NCBI GenBank assembly: GCA_964357395.1
Contig: CAYHLC010000002.1
Span: 41,033 to 105,032, forward strand
Reading direction: 5' to 3'
From: an uncultured Candidatus Saccharibacteria bacterium
GTDB lineage: Bacteria; Patescibacteriota; Minisyncoccia; Phycocordibacterales; Phycocordibacteraceae
DNA length: 64,000 bases
Below the pieces are notes generated by a model. It saw only the letters and a list, made by a program, of their open reading frames with translations. It was not told the DNA's origin and did not search any database. The position numbers were made by a program, and so were the translations under genes. Position 1 is the stretch's first letter. Every line of letters starts with the position of its first letter. Shown in pieces: positions 1 through 9,643 of this stretch.

Positions 1-130
1 TCGTTGTTAGGAGGTCTTTAAGGAATTCTTTCATGGCGGCCCTCCCCTTTAGGGCACTTGTGGCTGTATAGAGCGTGTCGAGTGTCTCGATCCTCTCTTC
101 CTCGCTCAGCTCTTTGATCTTCCGCTTCAT
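1..130 (-). CDS. TrpR-like YerC/YecD family protein (5' part only; start codon at 128-130, runs off window)
   Basis: Reverse-strand translation MKRKIKELSEEERIETLDTLYTATSALKGRAAMKEFLKDLLTT resembles the YerC/YecD TrpR-like motif (..E..FLxDLLT..E). Partial gene. Confidence 0.45.
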   Translation of the reverse strand, partial: MKRKIKELSEEERIETLDTLYTATSALKGRAAMKEFLKDLLTT

Positions 131-148
131 ACTGTTAGCTTATGATTA

Positions 149-174
149 TTATGATATTACATAATATCATAATA
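149..174. promoter_or_regulatory. AT-rich 26-bp motif TTATGATATTACATAATATCATAATA (inverted repeat ATGATAT-N6-ATATCAT) in the divergent intergenic region; 24/26 identical to 51650-51675
   Basis: Direct read. Contains the extended -10-like TGATATTAC and a near-duplicate elsewhere in the window. Confidence 0.4.
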
Positions 175-261
175 GCGTAAGAGATCTCGCATAGGAGAGA
201 GGCAGGGGGGCAGATGATGGACTTCATTTGGGGCTCATGTTATAGCGAGTAACATAACCCA

Positions 262-522
262 ATGGAGAAGCTTAGTGTCGAGAGTGCATCCCGCAGCCCC
301 GTGGCGATTGCTGCTGAGGAGCTTGGCGAGGACATAGAGCAGACAAGGGCCGGCTGGAAGGATGAACTTGGAAAATACTTCCCGATAATACCGCTTTGCG
401 CCCCATGCCTACTCAAGCGCCTCGCCTTTATCTCGGACGGTGCCAAGTATCGACCTGAGTTTAGACAGGTAATGTGCGACCATTGCTATGCAAATGAAAT
501 GGGGCCGTACCACAAGAAGTAG
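262..522 (+). CDS. Small Cys-containing (CxxC...CxxC) zinc-ribbon-like hypothetical protein
   Basis: 86-aa ORF with CAPC and CDHC pairs. No recognisable family. Confidence 0.3.
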   Translation: MEKLSVESASRSPVAIAAEELGEDIEQTRAGWKDELGKYFPIIPLCAPCLLKRLAFISDGAKYRPEFRQVMCDHCYANEMGPYHKK

Positions 523-543
523 CAAGTGATACAATAGCTATAT

Positions 544-1509
544 ATGGATACACCGAAACCAAAGATAACCCCCAAGGACTTTTTCCTCTGGCTCGGAGCG
601 ATGGCGTCTCTCTACGTCTCTATCGTCTCTATCCTCACACTTTATTTCCAATACATTAACCACCTGTTCCCAGACCCGCTTGCGGGCTATGTGGACCCAT
701 ATTCCTCGACCATCCGTTTTGCTATCGCATCCTTAGTGGTTGCAACGCCGCTCTATATATACCTGACCCGCAAGATCAATACTGACATCCGCACCATCCC
801 CGAGAAGAAGGACCTATGGGTCCGCCGCTGGTTGATATACATCACCCTCTTTATTGGCGGGCTCACACTAGCAATCGATCTCGTCGCGCTCATCAACGCC
901 TTTCTCGGTGGTGATATCACCATGCGCTTTGTGCTCAAGGTGGTTGCAGTATTCGTCGTCGTCTCAGGATTCTTTTGGTACTACCTATCGGACCTTCGTG
1001 GCAAGTGGGAGCGGCAGGCGCAGTTGGGGCACATACTCGGCTACGGCGTAGGGGCACTCGTGGTCGCCTCTATCCTTGCTGGCTTCCTGATTATCGGATC
1101 GCCGATCGATCAGCGCTTGTACCGCTTTGATGAGCAGAAGGTTATGGACCTTGGCGGTATCCAGTCGCAGTTGGTGTACGGCTACTGGCAGCAGAAGGGC
1201 GAGTTGCCCGAAGACCTCAGCGCGCTCCAGGACCCTATAAACGGCTACATAGTCCCGATGGATGCACAGACGGGGGTGCCGTACGTGTACGAAAAGACCG
1301 GAGAGATGTCGTTCAAGCTCTGTGCGACATTCAACAAAGAGACTCGCGCCAATGACCCGTACGCTCGGCCCACTGTTGCCGTGCCGTCTAAAATGGTTCC
1401 AGGCGAAGTCGGTATCGACCTGCAGGCGCTACCATGGACCCACGGAGTAGGGGAGACCTGTTTTGACCGCACCATTGATCCGGAGCGCTACCCCGTATTC
1501 AAAAAATAG
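544..1509 (+). CDS. Hypothetical polytopic membrane protein
   Basis: 321-aa ORF with several hydrophobic helices in the N-terminal two thirds. No recognisable motif. Confidence 0.55.
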   Translation: MDTPKPKITPKDFFLWLGAMASLYVSIVSILTLYFQYINHLFPDPLAGYVDPYSSTIRFAIASLVVATPLYIYLTRKINTDIRTIPEKKDLWVRRWLIYITLFIGGLTLAIDLVALINAFLGGDITMRFVLKVVAVFVVVSGFFWYYLSDLRGKWERQAQLGHILGYGVGALVVASILAGFLIIGSPIDQRLYRFDEQKVMDLGGIQSQLVYGYWQQKGELPEDLSALQDPINGYIVPMDAQTGVPYVYEKTGEMSFKLCATFNKETRANDPYARPTVAVPSKMVPGEVGIDLQALPWTHGVGETCFDRTIDPERYPVFKK

Positions 1510-1523
1510 GGTACGATTCCTAG

Positions 1524-1958
1524 ATGACTGATGCTGCGCCGCGCATAAAAGTTGGTGTAGGTGTTTGGGTCTGGAAGGACGGGAAAGTCCTGATGGGACG
1601 TAGGCTTGTTAAGAACCATAGTGATAACACTTTTGCTTCCCCGGGAGGGCATTTGGAGTTCGGAGAGAGCTTTGAGGACTGTGCCAAGCGCGAGGCGATG
1701 GAAGAGGCTGGCATTGTGGTAGATAACGTTCGAGTCACAACCGTATCCAACCTACTTTTGTGGGAGGGCAAGCACTATGTCGACATAGGCCTGGATGCTG
1801 AGTGGAAGTCTGGTGAGCCGCAGGTGCTTGAGCCAGATAAGTGCGCAGGGTGGGAATGGGTAGATCCTAAAGATCTTAAAGAGCCATTGATGGTGGGTGA
1901 CAGGCTTCGCATAGAGGCAGGCCAGACGGGGAAATGGTATTTTGGGACAATCAAATGA
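1524..1958 (+). CDS. NUDIX hydrolase
   Basis: Canonical Nudix box GHLEFGESFEDCAKREAMEEAGI (Gx5Ex7REUxEExGU). Its stop overlaps the leuS ATG (ATGA). Confidence 0.85.
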   Translation: MTDAAPRIKVGVGVWVWKDGKVLMGRRLVKNHSDNTFASPGGHLEFGESFEDCAKREAMEEAGIVVDNVRVTTVSNLLLWEGKHYVDIGLDAEWKSGEPQVLEPDKCAGWEWVDPKDLKEPLMVGDRLRIEAGQTGKWYFGTIK

Positions 1959-4843
1959 AAGACTACAACCACAAGGATATAGAAAAGAAGTGGCAAGACG
2001 AGTGGCAGAAGAGTGGTATCTACAAAACTCCTGACGTACCGAAGAAGAAGGCATATGTCCTCGACATGTTTCCGTACCCATCAGGCGAGGGGCTCCACGT
2101 GGGCCACCCGAAGGGCTACATAGCGACCGACGTCTACTCGCGCATGAAGCGCATGCAGGGCTACTCGGTACTGCACCCCATGGGTTGGGACGCCTTCGGC
2201 TTGCCGGCAGAGAACTATGCGCTCAAAACCAAGACCCATCCAAGTAAGGCGGTCGCAAAGAATGTTGCGAGATACAAGGAGCAACTCTCAATCATTGGCT
2301 TCGATTACGACTGGACGCGAGAGATAGATACGACCGATCCTAAGTACTACAAGTGGACGCAGTGGATCTTCCTGAAGTTGCTGGAGAAGGGGCTCGCAGT
2401 CCAGTCCTTCGCACCTATCAACTGGTGCCCGTCATGTCAGACCGGACTTGCGAACGAGGACGTCGAGGCTGATGGTACGTGCGAGCGCTGTGGCACTAAG
2501 GTAGAGAAGCGCCCTATGCGCCAATGGGTACTGAAGATAACTGATTATGCCGAGCGACTCCTTGCAGACATCGACCAGCTTACCCGCTGGCCGGAGCATA
2601 TAAAGGAGATGCAGCGCAACTGGATTGGCAAGAGCGAGGGCGCTGAAATATACTTTGAACTAAAGTTTACGGACGCGAAGCAAAACGAGAATCGTGACCC
2701 TGAGGGCAATAAGGCTCGCATACCAGTATTCACCACTCGACCCGACACGCTCTATGGCGCGACCTACATGGTGCTTGCCCCCGAGCATCCGTGGGTGACG
2801 CTCGCCTTGGATAAGAACCATAAAGGAATACTTCCGAATGTTGATGAGGTCCGCGCATATGTGGAGGGTGCAAAGCAGAAAGGTGAGATAGAGAGAACGG
2901 CGGAAGGAAAGGAGAAGACGGGCGTAGAGCTGCAGGGAGTTAAGGCAATCAATCCAGCAACAAAAGAGGAAATACCAATGTATGTTGCGGACTATGTCCT
3001 CGGCCACTATGGCACCGGCGCGGTGATGGCTGTCCCTGCGCACGACGAGCGCGATTACGCCTTTGCTAAGAAGTATGACCTACCGATTAAGCAGGTGGTC
3101 ATGCCGTGCATGCACGACCTAGTTAAGCCGCCTCAGCCAGGCCTCCCCGAGGTCGCGCGCGACACCGTGGTTGTCTTCTTGAAGGACACTGCAACCGGTA
3201 AGTATGCGGTCTTGGATTGGCACGGTGCACAGGACGGCGTCTCGACCGGCATTATGGGTGGTATCGAGAACGGGGACACACCGGAGGAGGCAGCGCTTGG
3301 TGAGATACGCGAGGAAGCATCCATTCCGAACGCCCGCATCGTGCATACGCTCCGCTGGACCAGCGCAGCTACGTACTGCGCTGCGCATAAGGGTGAGAAC
3401 CGAAGGGCTACTGCGCGCGCCTTCCTTGCGGAAGTAGATGGACTAGCAGAGCAGGGAGCAATAAGCGCAGAGGAGGACACAAAGCACACCCTCGCATGGA
3501 TAACAGAGGATGAACTATTGAAGCGTACAGGACTACCTGAGCATCAGAGGTGGCTGTGGCAGCAGCTCCACATCGAGACGCCTCTTATAGAGGGGGGTGC
3601 TCTCATAAACTCGGGAGAGTTTGATGGCACAGATAACGAGGAAGCAAAAAAGAAGATTACGGAAGCGGTAGGGGGCAAGATGGTGACGACATACAAGTTG
3701 CAGGACTGGGTGTTCAGCAGACAGCGTTATTGGGGTGAGCCGATCCCAGTCATCCATTGCGAGAAGGATGGCGTGGTGCCAGTGCCGGAAAAGGACCTAC
3801 CTGTCGTGCTCCCTGAGGTAGAGCATTACGAGCCAACAGGGACAGGCGAGTCACCACTCGCTAACATCCCCGATTGGGTTAACACAACGTGTCCGAAATG
3901 TGGAGGGCCAGCAAAGCGCGAGACCAATACCATGCCGCAATGGGCCGGCAGTAGCTGGTACTACCTCAGGTACATGGACCCGGATAACAACGATGTGCTT
4001 GTTGATCCGAAAAAGGAAAAGGCATGGGCACCGGTCGACCTGTACGTGGGCGGGGCGGAACACGCAACGCGCCATCTCATATATGCACGCTTCTGGCACA
4101 AGTTCCTGTATGACCAAGGCGTTGTATCTAGCGTTGAGCCATTTACTGAGCTGCATTCAGTCGGCCTCATCCAAGCAGAGGACGGACGCAAGATGAGTAA
4201 GCGCTGGGGCAATGTGATCAACCCGGACGATATAGTGGATCGGTTTGGCGCGGACTCGTTGCGCGTGTATGAGATGTTTATGGGTCCGTTTGGAAACGCG
4301 ATTGCATGGTCCACCAATGGCCTAGTCGGTGCACGCCGATTCATTGAGCGTATCTGGAGGCTTAGCGAGAAGGCGGGGGATGAAATACCCGTACTCGAAA
4401 CTGTACTCAACTTTACTATCCAAAAGGTGGGGGTTGATATTGCGGAATTCAAGTTCAATACGGCCGTGTCCCAAATGATGATCCTCCTGAATGCTGCCGA
4501 AGCAGCTGGTATAGGTCGTACCCAGCTTGCAACCTTCCTTAAGTTAGTCGCCCCGTTCGCGCCACACGTGGCTGAGGAGCTCTGGCAGGGGATGGGGAAC
4601 AAGGGCTCCGTCCACCTGGAGGAGTGGCCGACCTATGACCCCGCAAAACTGGTCGCGGAGACCGTAGTGGTGGCAATTCAGGTAGGAGGGAAAATGAAAG
4701 GAACAATCCAGGTACCCCGCGACTCTAGCCAGGATGAGGTCCTGAATGAAGTGCGGAAGAGCGAAAAAATGGCTCAATATATGGCTGAAAAGCCATCCAA
4801 GGTAATCTTCGTGGCTAACAAGATTATTAACCTAATTCCATGA
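1955..4843 (+). CDS. leuS: Leucyl-tRNA synthetase with an extra ~160-aa Nudix-like insertion
   Basis: HVGH (HIGH) motif, editing-domain TTRPDT and GTGAVMAVPAHDERD, KMSKR (KMSKS) motif, and a conserved C-terminal domain. Likely start is the ATG at 1955 (MKDYNH..). The ORF track starts at 1934. Confidence 0.95.
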   Translation: MKDYNHKDIEKKWQDEWQKSGIYKTPDVPKKKAYVLDMFPYPSGEGLHVGHPKGYIATDVYSRMKRMQGYSVLHPMGWDAFGLPAENYALKTKTHPSKAVAKNVARYKEQLSIIGFDYDWTREIDTTDPKYYKWTQWIFLKLLEKGLAVQSFAPINWCPSCQTGLANEDVEADGTCERCGTKVEKRPMRQWVLKITDYAERLLADIDQLTRWPEHIKEMQRNWIGKSEGAEIYFELKFTDAKQNENRDPEGNKARIPVFTTRPDTLYGATYMVLAPEHPWVTLALDKNHKGILPNVDEVRAYVEGAKQKGEIERTAEGKEKTGVELQGVKAINPATKEEIPMYVADYVLGHYGTGAVMAVPAHDERDYAFAKKYDLPIKQVVMPCMHDLVKPPQPGLPEVARDTVVVFLKDTATGKYAVLDWHGAQDGVSTGIMGGIENGDTPEEAALGEIREEASIPNARIVHTLRWTSAATYCAAHKGENRRATARAFLAEVDGLAEQGAISAEEDTKHTLAWITEDELLKRTGLPEHQRWLWQQLHIETPLIEGGALINSGEFDGTDNEEAKKKITEAVGGKMVTTYKLQDWVFSRQRYWGEPIPVIHCEKDGVVPVPEKDLPVVLPEVEHYEPTGTGESPLANIPDWVNTTCPKCGGPAKRETNTMPQWAGSSWYYLRYMDPDNNDVLVDPKKEKAWAPVDLYVGGAEHATRHLIYARFWHKFLYDQGVVSSVEPFTELHSVGLIQAEDGRKMSKRWGNVINPDDIVDRFGADSLRVYEMFMGPFGNAIAWSTNGLVGARRFIERIWRLSEKAGDEIPVLETVLNFTIQKVGVDIAEFKFNTAVSQMMILLNAAEAAGIGRTQLATFLKLVAPFAPHVAEELWQGMGNKGSVHLEEWPTYDPAKLVAETVVVAIQVGGKMKGTIQVPRDSSQDEVLNEVRKSEKMAQYMAEKPSKVIFVANKIINLIP

Positions 4844-4864
4844 CCTGGGGATAACTCTCTATAT

Positions 4865-4893
4865 TTGACGCTTTTAGCATCACGTGCTATAAA
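4865..4893 (+). promoter_or_regulatory. Sigma70-type promoter candidate (TTGACG-17-TATAAA) upstream of the 4914 gene
   Basis: Direct read: TTGACG at 4865-4870, 17-nt spacer, TATAAA at 4888-4893, about 20 nt before the ATG. Confidence 0.4.
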
Positions 4894-4913
4894 GATATGG
4901 CATAATAAACTCA

Positions 4914-5969
4914 ATGGCAAAACTAACATTCAAACCCCAGGCAGTTAGCAAGCGTCTCGTACAGAATCTTCCGGAGCGATCGAGAGACGTCGTCGTGAGT
5001 CGTTACGGACTAGGAGACAAGAAGGGCGCAGAGACCTTGGATGCCATCGGCAAGCGATACGGCATTACTCGCGAGCGTGTACGCCAGATCGAGAGCCACG
5101 CTATCAAGGCTATCCAGGACTCGCCAGCGCTCGCCAAGGAAGCTGGCGCGCTACAGTCACTCGAGAGCGCTATTCGCGACATGGGCGCCGTACTTCCGGA
5201 GCACAGCATCCTCACCGAGTTTGCTACTGATCCTGAGACCAAGAATCATTTGTATTTCCTCATGGTTGTTGGCAAGCCGTTCATTTCGAGGAAGGAGGAC
5301 GACAACTTCAAGACGCGTTGGTACGTCGATGAGTCAGTCGCCAAGGCAGTCGAGGATGCACTAAAGACGGTACACCAGAGTATCAAGCCGAACGATGTGG
5401 TGACTGAAGACAAGCTGGTTGATCACGTACTCTCGTGCCTCTCTCGCGTCAACGTTAAGTACAAGAACAAGGACACCGCACGCCGCTGGCTCGACCTCTC
5501 AAACTGCCTGATGCGCAACCCGCTTGGAGAGTGGGGCCGCTCGGGCGCACCAGGTATCAAGCTCAAGAACATTCGTGATCATGCGTACCTCGCTCTCAAG
5601 CGCCACGGTTCCCCAATGCACTTCCGTGAGGTAGCCAAGGAGATCGACAAGCTTTTCGGCAAACGCGCGCACCAGGCGACGACGCACAACGAGCTGATTA
5701 AGGACAAGCGCTTTGTGTTGGTAGGTCGCGGTATCTATGCCCTCTCTGAGTGGGGCTACCGCCCGGGTGCAGTTATCGACATCATCAAGCATGTCTTGAA
5801 GGAGAAGGGTCCGCTGACTCGAGATGAACTGATCAAGGCCGTTGGTAACGAACGTCACGTTAAGCTCAACACCATCATAGTTAACTTGCAGAGCCCGGCG
5901 CTCTCGAAGACCAAGGACGGCAAGTACGCACTCGCGAAATTGTTCCAAGTTCTGAGTCCAGAGTTCTGA
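4914..5969 (+). CDS. DNA-binding protein with an N-terminal sigma-70 region-4-like HTH and a C-terminal HARE-HTH (RpoE-delta-like) winged helix
   Basis: N-terminus LPERSRDVVVSRYGLGDKKGAETLDAIGKRYGITRERVRQIESHAIKAI resembles sigma70_r4. C-terminus KDKRFVLVGRGIYALSEWGY resembles the HARE-HTH signature. Confidence 0.55.
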   Translation: MAKLTFKPQAVSKRLVQNLPERSRDVVVSRYGLGDKKGAETLDAIGKRYGITRERVRQIESHAIKAIQDSPALAKEAGALQSLESAIRDMGAVLPEHSILTEFATDPETKNHLYFLMVVGKPFISRKEDDNFKTRWYVDESVAKAVEDALKTVHQSIKPNDVVTEDKLVDHVLSCLSRVNVKYKNKDTARRWLDLSNCLMRNPLGEWGRSGAPGIKLKNIRDHAYLALKRHGSPMHFREVAKEIDKLFGKRAHQATTHNELIKDKRFVLVGRGIYALSEWGYRPGAVIDIIKHVLKEKGPLTRDELIKAVGNERHVKLNTIIVNLQSPALSKTKDGKYALAKLFQVLSPEF

Positions 5970-5989
5970 GTTTCTGATACCATGGGCAC

Positions 5990-7228
5990 ATGAACCGTGG
6001 CTTTTGGCTGCGCAGCGGGCTTATCGCATTCGTCGTGCTTACGCCGATCCTTATTTTTGCTGCGCCTTCGGTGGCTGCGTTTATCTACCTCACTATTGTG
6101 ACGCTCGCACCGTTCTGGCTTCCCGTCGTACTTGCACTGATCGCATGGCCGCTGTGGCTGACCTACGCGCGGTCCAAGTACGTCTCACAGATTCCGTACA
6201 CGACGCTCGAGCTGAAGCCGGGCGACAACACCCCAAAGACTGCACGACCGATGGAATTGATCCTCTACTCACTCTACTACCGCACCGACGTAACATGGAC
6301 GAGTGCGCTCCTCCAGGGAGCGACTCGTGTTCCGTGGAGCTTGGAGGTATGTGCAACAGGTGGCACCGTGCGTTTTTATATTCACATACCAACGCACCAC
6401 CGCCAGGCAGTCGAGGCGCGTCTCCGCTCCGAGTACAAAGACATTGATATCGACGAGGCGCGCGACTACTCGAGGGAGCACCACTTCAATCCGTTCGAAA
6501 CAAAACTGAAGATGGTTGAGTTCCAACTTGCTAAGGCGGATCCGTATCCACTCATGACCTACGAAGCACACGAGCACGCAAAGGAGCATCGAGACGTGTT
6601 CGCGGAACTCCTTGAAGAGCTTGCAAAGGTACCGAACGGGCAGCAGGTGTGGGTGGCACTCATCATTCGGCCGCACCAAAGAGACTGGGGCCGCGGCTGG
6701 TATGACTGGCTCAACCCGCCTGTAGACACGCTGCACGAAGATGCATCAGTTGAGATACAAAAACTGATTGGTACTGCAGGCGACATGCGACATGTCGCTG
6801 CAGGGGTCAAGGATACGGTGAACGCGATAGAGAAGGCGCTGCAGAAGCCTTCATTCGATTGTGGCCTCCGCGTTGCGTACACTGCGCCTCGTAATCAGTG
6901 GAGCGTGGATAGGGCAGAGTCCTTGGAACACCTCTTCGACCGCTTTGGCGATCATACTCTCAACAGCTTAGTGCCGTACGATCCTCGCCTCGACGTTGGC
7001 TGGCCTCTGTCTGACATCTTTGCTGTTGCGCCTGCCTTGGACGACGAGTACTACCTCAAGCTGTACCGCCGTCGCGCCTTCTTTGCGCCACCCTACTACG
7101 GACGCGCATTCGTACTGAACACGGAGGAGCTGGCAACACTGTGGCACCTCCCAAAGTTTGGACGCTCGAGCGCGCTTGCGCGCGCGCGAGGATCGCGCCT
7201 CGAGGCACCTGCTAATCTACCGGTATGA
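5990..7228 (+). CDS. Hypothetical protein with two N-terminal TM helices
   Basis: 412-aa ORF with no recognised motif. Its stop overlaps the mltG start (ATGA). Confidence 0.5.
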   Translation: MNRGFWLRSGLIAFVVLTPILIFAAPSVAAFIYLTIVTLAPFWLPVVLALIAWPLWLTYARSKYVSQIPYTTLELKPGDNTPKTARPMELILYSLYYRTDVTWTSALLQGATRVPWSLEVCATGGTVRFYIHIPTHHRQAVEARLRSEYKDIDIDEARDYSREHHFNPFETKLKMVEFQLAKADPYPLMTYEAHEHAKEHRDVFAELLEELAKVPNGQQVWVALIIRPHQRDWGRGWYDWLNPPVDTLHEDASVEIQKLIGTAGDMRHVAAGVKDTVNAIEKALQKPSFDCGLRVAYTAPRNQWSVDRAESLEHLFDRFGDHTLNSLVPYDPRLDVGWPLSDIFAVAPALDDEYYLKLYRRRAFFAPPYYGRAFVLNTEELATLWHLPKFGRSSALARARGSRLEAPANLPV

Positions 7229-8118
7229 AGTTCCGAATCCGTGCCTTTGGTATTTTTGCTGCGCTCGTAGTCCTGTACGCGTTCCTCATCGCGCCGCCAC
7301 TGAACTATCCAACAGGTATGACGGTGCAGGTTGCGCAGGGCGAGTCGGTCGGGGCTGTTGCAGACAACCTGTACCTCCTCGGTGCCATCCAGTCTCGACC
7401 AATCTTCAAGCTTGCCGTGATACTCCTCGGTGGGAGTGTGCAGGCGGGCGCGTACCTCTTGGACAAGAACAACACACTGTTCCTCGCATATCGGATGACA
7501 CGCGGCGAGACAGGTCTCGAGCAAGTACGCATAACTATCAGAGAGGGTATGACCCTGCGGGAGATAGAGAAGTTGGTGGGGACTGACCTCCCGGATGACC
7601 AGGAGGGGTACCTATTCCCAGACACGTACGACTTCCTTCCCGGCTCGCCCGCAGACTTGGTAGTAGCGCGTATGCATAGCAGGTACGAGGAGCACGTGGC
7701 ACCACTCCGAGCAGAGATCGAAGCTTCGGGACACACCGAGGAAGAGATCATAATCTTGGCATCAATACTCGAGAAAGAGGCACGGCAACCTGAAACGATG
7801 CGTATCGTCTCCGGCATACTCTGGGATCGAATCAAGATAGGGATGCCGCTCCAGGTGGATGCCGTCTTCGGCTACATCAACAATCGGCCGACATACCATC
7901 CGAGTGGGGAGGATCTCGAAATCGATTCGCCGTACAACACGTATAAGTATCCAGGCCTCCCGCCAGGCCCCATTGGTAACCCCGGTATGACTGCTATTGA
8001 GGCCGCCCTCCGGCCGGGAGAGAGCCCGTACCTCTACTACCTCACCGGCGTCGACGGAACCATGCACTACGCCAAGACCTTTGAGGAGCATGTCCGCAAC
8101 CGCCGCTTCCTTAAGTAG
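7225..8118 (+). CDS. mltG: Endolytic murein transglycosylase MltG (YceG-like)
   Basis: N-terminal TM helix followed by YceG-like motifs ILASILEKEA, PLQVDAVFGY and YNTYKYPGLPPGPIGNPG. Confidence 0.85.
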   Translation: MKFRIRAFGIFAALVVLYAFLIAPPLNYPTGMTVQVAQGESVGAVADNLYLLGAIQSRPIFKLAVILLGGSVQAGAYLLDKNNTLFLAYRMTRGETGLEQVRITIREGMTLREIEKLVGTDLPDDQEGYLFPDTYDFLPGSPADLVVARMHSRYEEHVAPLRAEIEASGHTEEEIIILASILEKEARQPETMRIVSGILWDRIKIGMPLQVDAVFGYINNRPTYHPSGEDLEIDSPYNTYKYPGLPPGPIGNPGMTAIEAALRPGESPYLYYLTGVDGTMHYAKTFEEHVRNRRFLK

Positions 8119-8121
8119 TTG

Positions 8122-8150
8122 ACCGCCCCCATATGGGGGCGGTAGCTTGT
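8122..8150 (+). terminator. Possible intrinsic terminator after mltG (9-bp GC stem ACCGCCCCC/GGGGGCGGT, weak U tract)
   Basis: Direct read of a hairpin with a 4-nt loop. The downstream U tract is poor. Confidence 0.35.
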
Positions 8151-8154
8151 ATGA

Positions 8155-8358
8155 ATGGCTGATGAAGGCAAGGAAGGCTACTTCAAGAAACAGGAAGGGG
8201 TATACAACACCCTCGCGGCGATATTCCGTGGTCGCGCAGAGGAGCATATGCAAAAGGGAGATATGAAAAGGACGGTGCTCAACTGGAAGAACGCAAGGCT
8301 TGCTGCCGGCGTGGCCACTCTCGCTGGCATTGTTGCAAAGATAGTCACTGACCTATAA
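8155..8358 (+). CDS. Small hypothetical protein
   Basis: 67-aa ORF between mltG and mnmA, C-terminal hydrophobic segment. Confidence 0.3.
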   Translation: MADEGKEGYFKKQEGVYNTLAAIFRGRAEEHMQKGDMKRTVLNWKNARLAAGVATLAGIVAKIVTDL

Positions 8359-8365
8359 TAGCCAA

Positions 8366-9394
8366 GTGCAGACGGTATATGTAGGACTCTCGGGAGGCGT
8401 GGATAGCGCCGTTGCAGCGTACCTCCTCAAGGAGGAGGGCTACCGCGTCGTAGGCGCGTTCATCAAGGGCTGGGAACCAGATTTCCTCCCGTGTACTGGT
8501 GTCGAGGATCGCCTAGCAGCTATGCAGGTAGCGGCACACCTACAGATCCCATTTGTTTCGTATGATCTTAGCGAGGAGTATAAGAAATCGGTCGTAGACT
8601 ACTTCATCGCCGAGTACAAAGTAGGCAGGACACCGAACCCCGACGTTATGTGCAACCGCACTATCAAGTTTGGTGCGTTTTGGGAGCGGGTCCGCGCCGA
8701 CGGCGCCGACTTTATAGCTACAGGACACTACGCCCGAAATCCCCAAGGCGACGCCTTGGGGATTTCGGATGACAAAGAGAAGGATCAAACGTATTTCCTC
8801 TGGACTCTCACCAAGGACGATCTTGCACACACACTGTTCCCGATAGGAAAGTATAAGAAGAGAGAAGTTCGGAAGATAGCAGAAAAGATTAAGCTGCCTA
8901 ACGCCGCAAGGCGAGATTCCCAGGGCCTCTGTTTCCTTGGACACGTCGATATGCACGCCTTTCTGAAGCGTTACCTACCTACTACCGTCGGTACCATATA
9001 TGATACCGATGGCGCAAAAGTGGGTGAGCATGATGGTGCTTGGTTCTATACCCTCGGGCAGCATGTGCCAGTTTCTGGTGACAAGCGCCTGTACGTAGTT
9101 AGCAAGGATGTGGACAGGAATGAACTCGTAGTAGCTGAAACACCCAATTCTGAACGAGGTCGGATCTCATTCACGCTAACCAACGTGAGCTGGGTGTCGG
9201 GGACAGCCCCAACTGGCAAGGTCTTGGTACAGTACCGCTACCACGGTCCCCTGGTCCCTGCCAGCGTTGCGGATTCTGAGCGAGATCGGATCTCGCTCAG
9301 CCTCGCAGAGCCGGTACTCGCAGCTCCTGGCCAGTCGCTCGTCGTCTATTCTGCCAACGGGAAGCTCTGCCTCGGCGGCGGCGTCATCGTTTGA
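8366..9394 (+). CDS. mnmA: tRNA-specific 2-thiouridylase MnmA
   Basis: PP-loop SGGVDSAV, mid-region DQTYFL, and a typical C-terminal barrel. Confidence 0.9.
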   Translation: MQTVYVGLSGGVDSAVAAYLLKEEGYRVVGAFIKGWEPDFLPCTGVEDRLAAMQVAAHLQIPFVSYDLSEEYKKSVVDYFIAEYKVGRTPNPDVMCNRTIKFGAFWERVRADGADFIATGHYARNPQGDALGISDDKEKDQTYFLWTLTKDDLAHTLFPIGKYKKREVRKIAEKIKLPNAARRDSQGLCFLGHVDMHAFLKRYLPTTVGTIYDTDGAKVGEHDGAWFYTLGQHVPVSGDKRLYVVSKDVDRNELVVAETPNSERGRISFTLTNVSWVSGTAPTGKVLVQYRYHGPLVPASVADSERDRISLSLAEPVLAAPGQSLVVYSANGKLCLGGGVIV

Positions 9395-9615
9395 CATTGG
9401 TGCGAGGCCGGGCTACTTTACTCGGTATGTCGTTTAACCAACCATCAGGAGTACAGAGCCCTCAGCGGGATGAGCGGGCAGCCAAGGCAGCCCCAAAAGG
9501 CGGGTGGGCCATCTACCGTTTTTGGAGAGGTGAAGGGTACTCGCGTGGCTGGGCACTAGAACTAGCTATAGCCTCGCTAGTCGCGGGCGCAATTTTTGCA
9601 GCCTGGCGAGCGTAG
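9391..9615 (+). CDS. Small hypothetical protein
   Basis: 74-aa ORF with a C-terminal hydrophobic segment. Weak support. Confidence 0.25.
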   Translation: MTLVRGRATLLGMSFNQPSGVQSPQRDERAAKAAPKGGWAIYRFWRGEGYSRGWALELAIASLVAGAIFAAWRA

Positions 9616-9643
9616 CATTTTTTGAGGATGGTACCATAGTGGG

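Noticed and set aside
3961-4602. Long antisense ORFs inside leuS, dnaK, alaS, the FtsA-like gene and the RHS gene (for example 3961-4602 -, 26837-27667 -, 16140-16931 -, 19337-20053 -, 46479-46997 -).
   Set aside because: They lie opposite strongly supported genes and translate to low-complexity Arg/Ser/Ala-rich sequences typical of GC-rich antisense frames.
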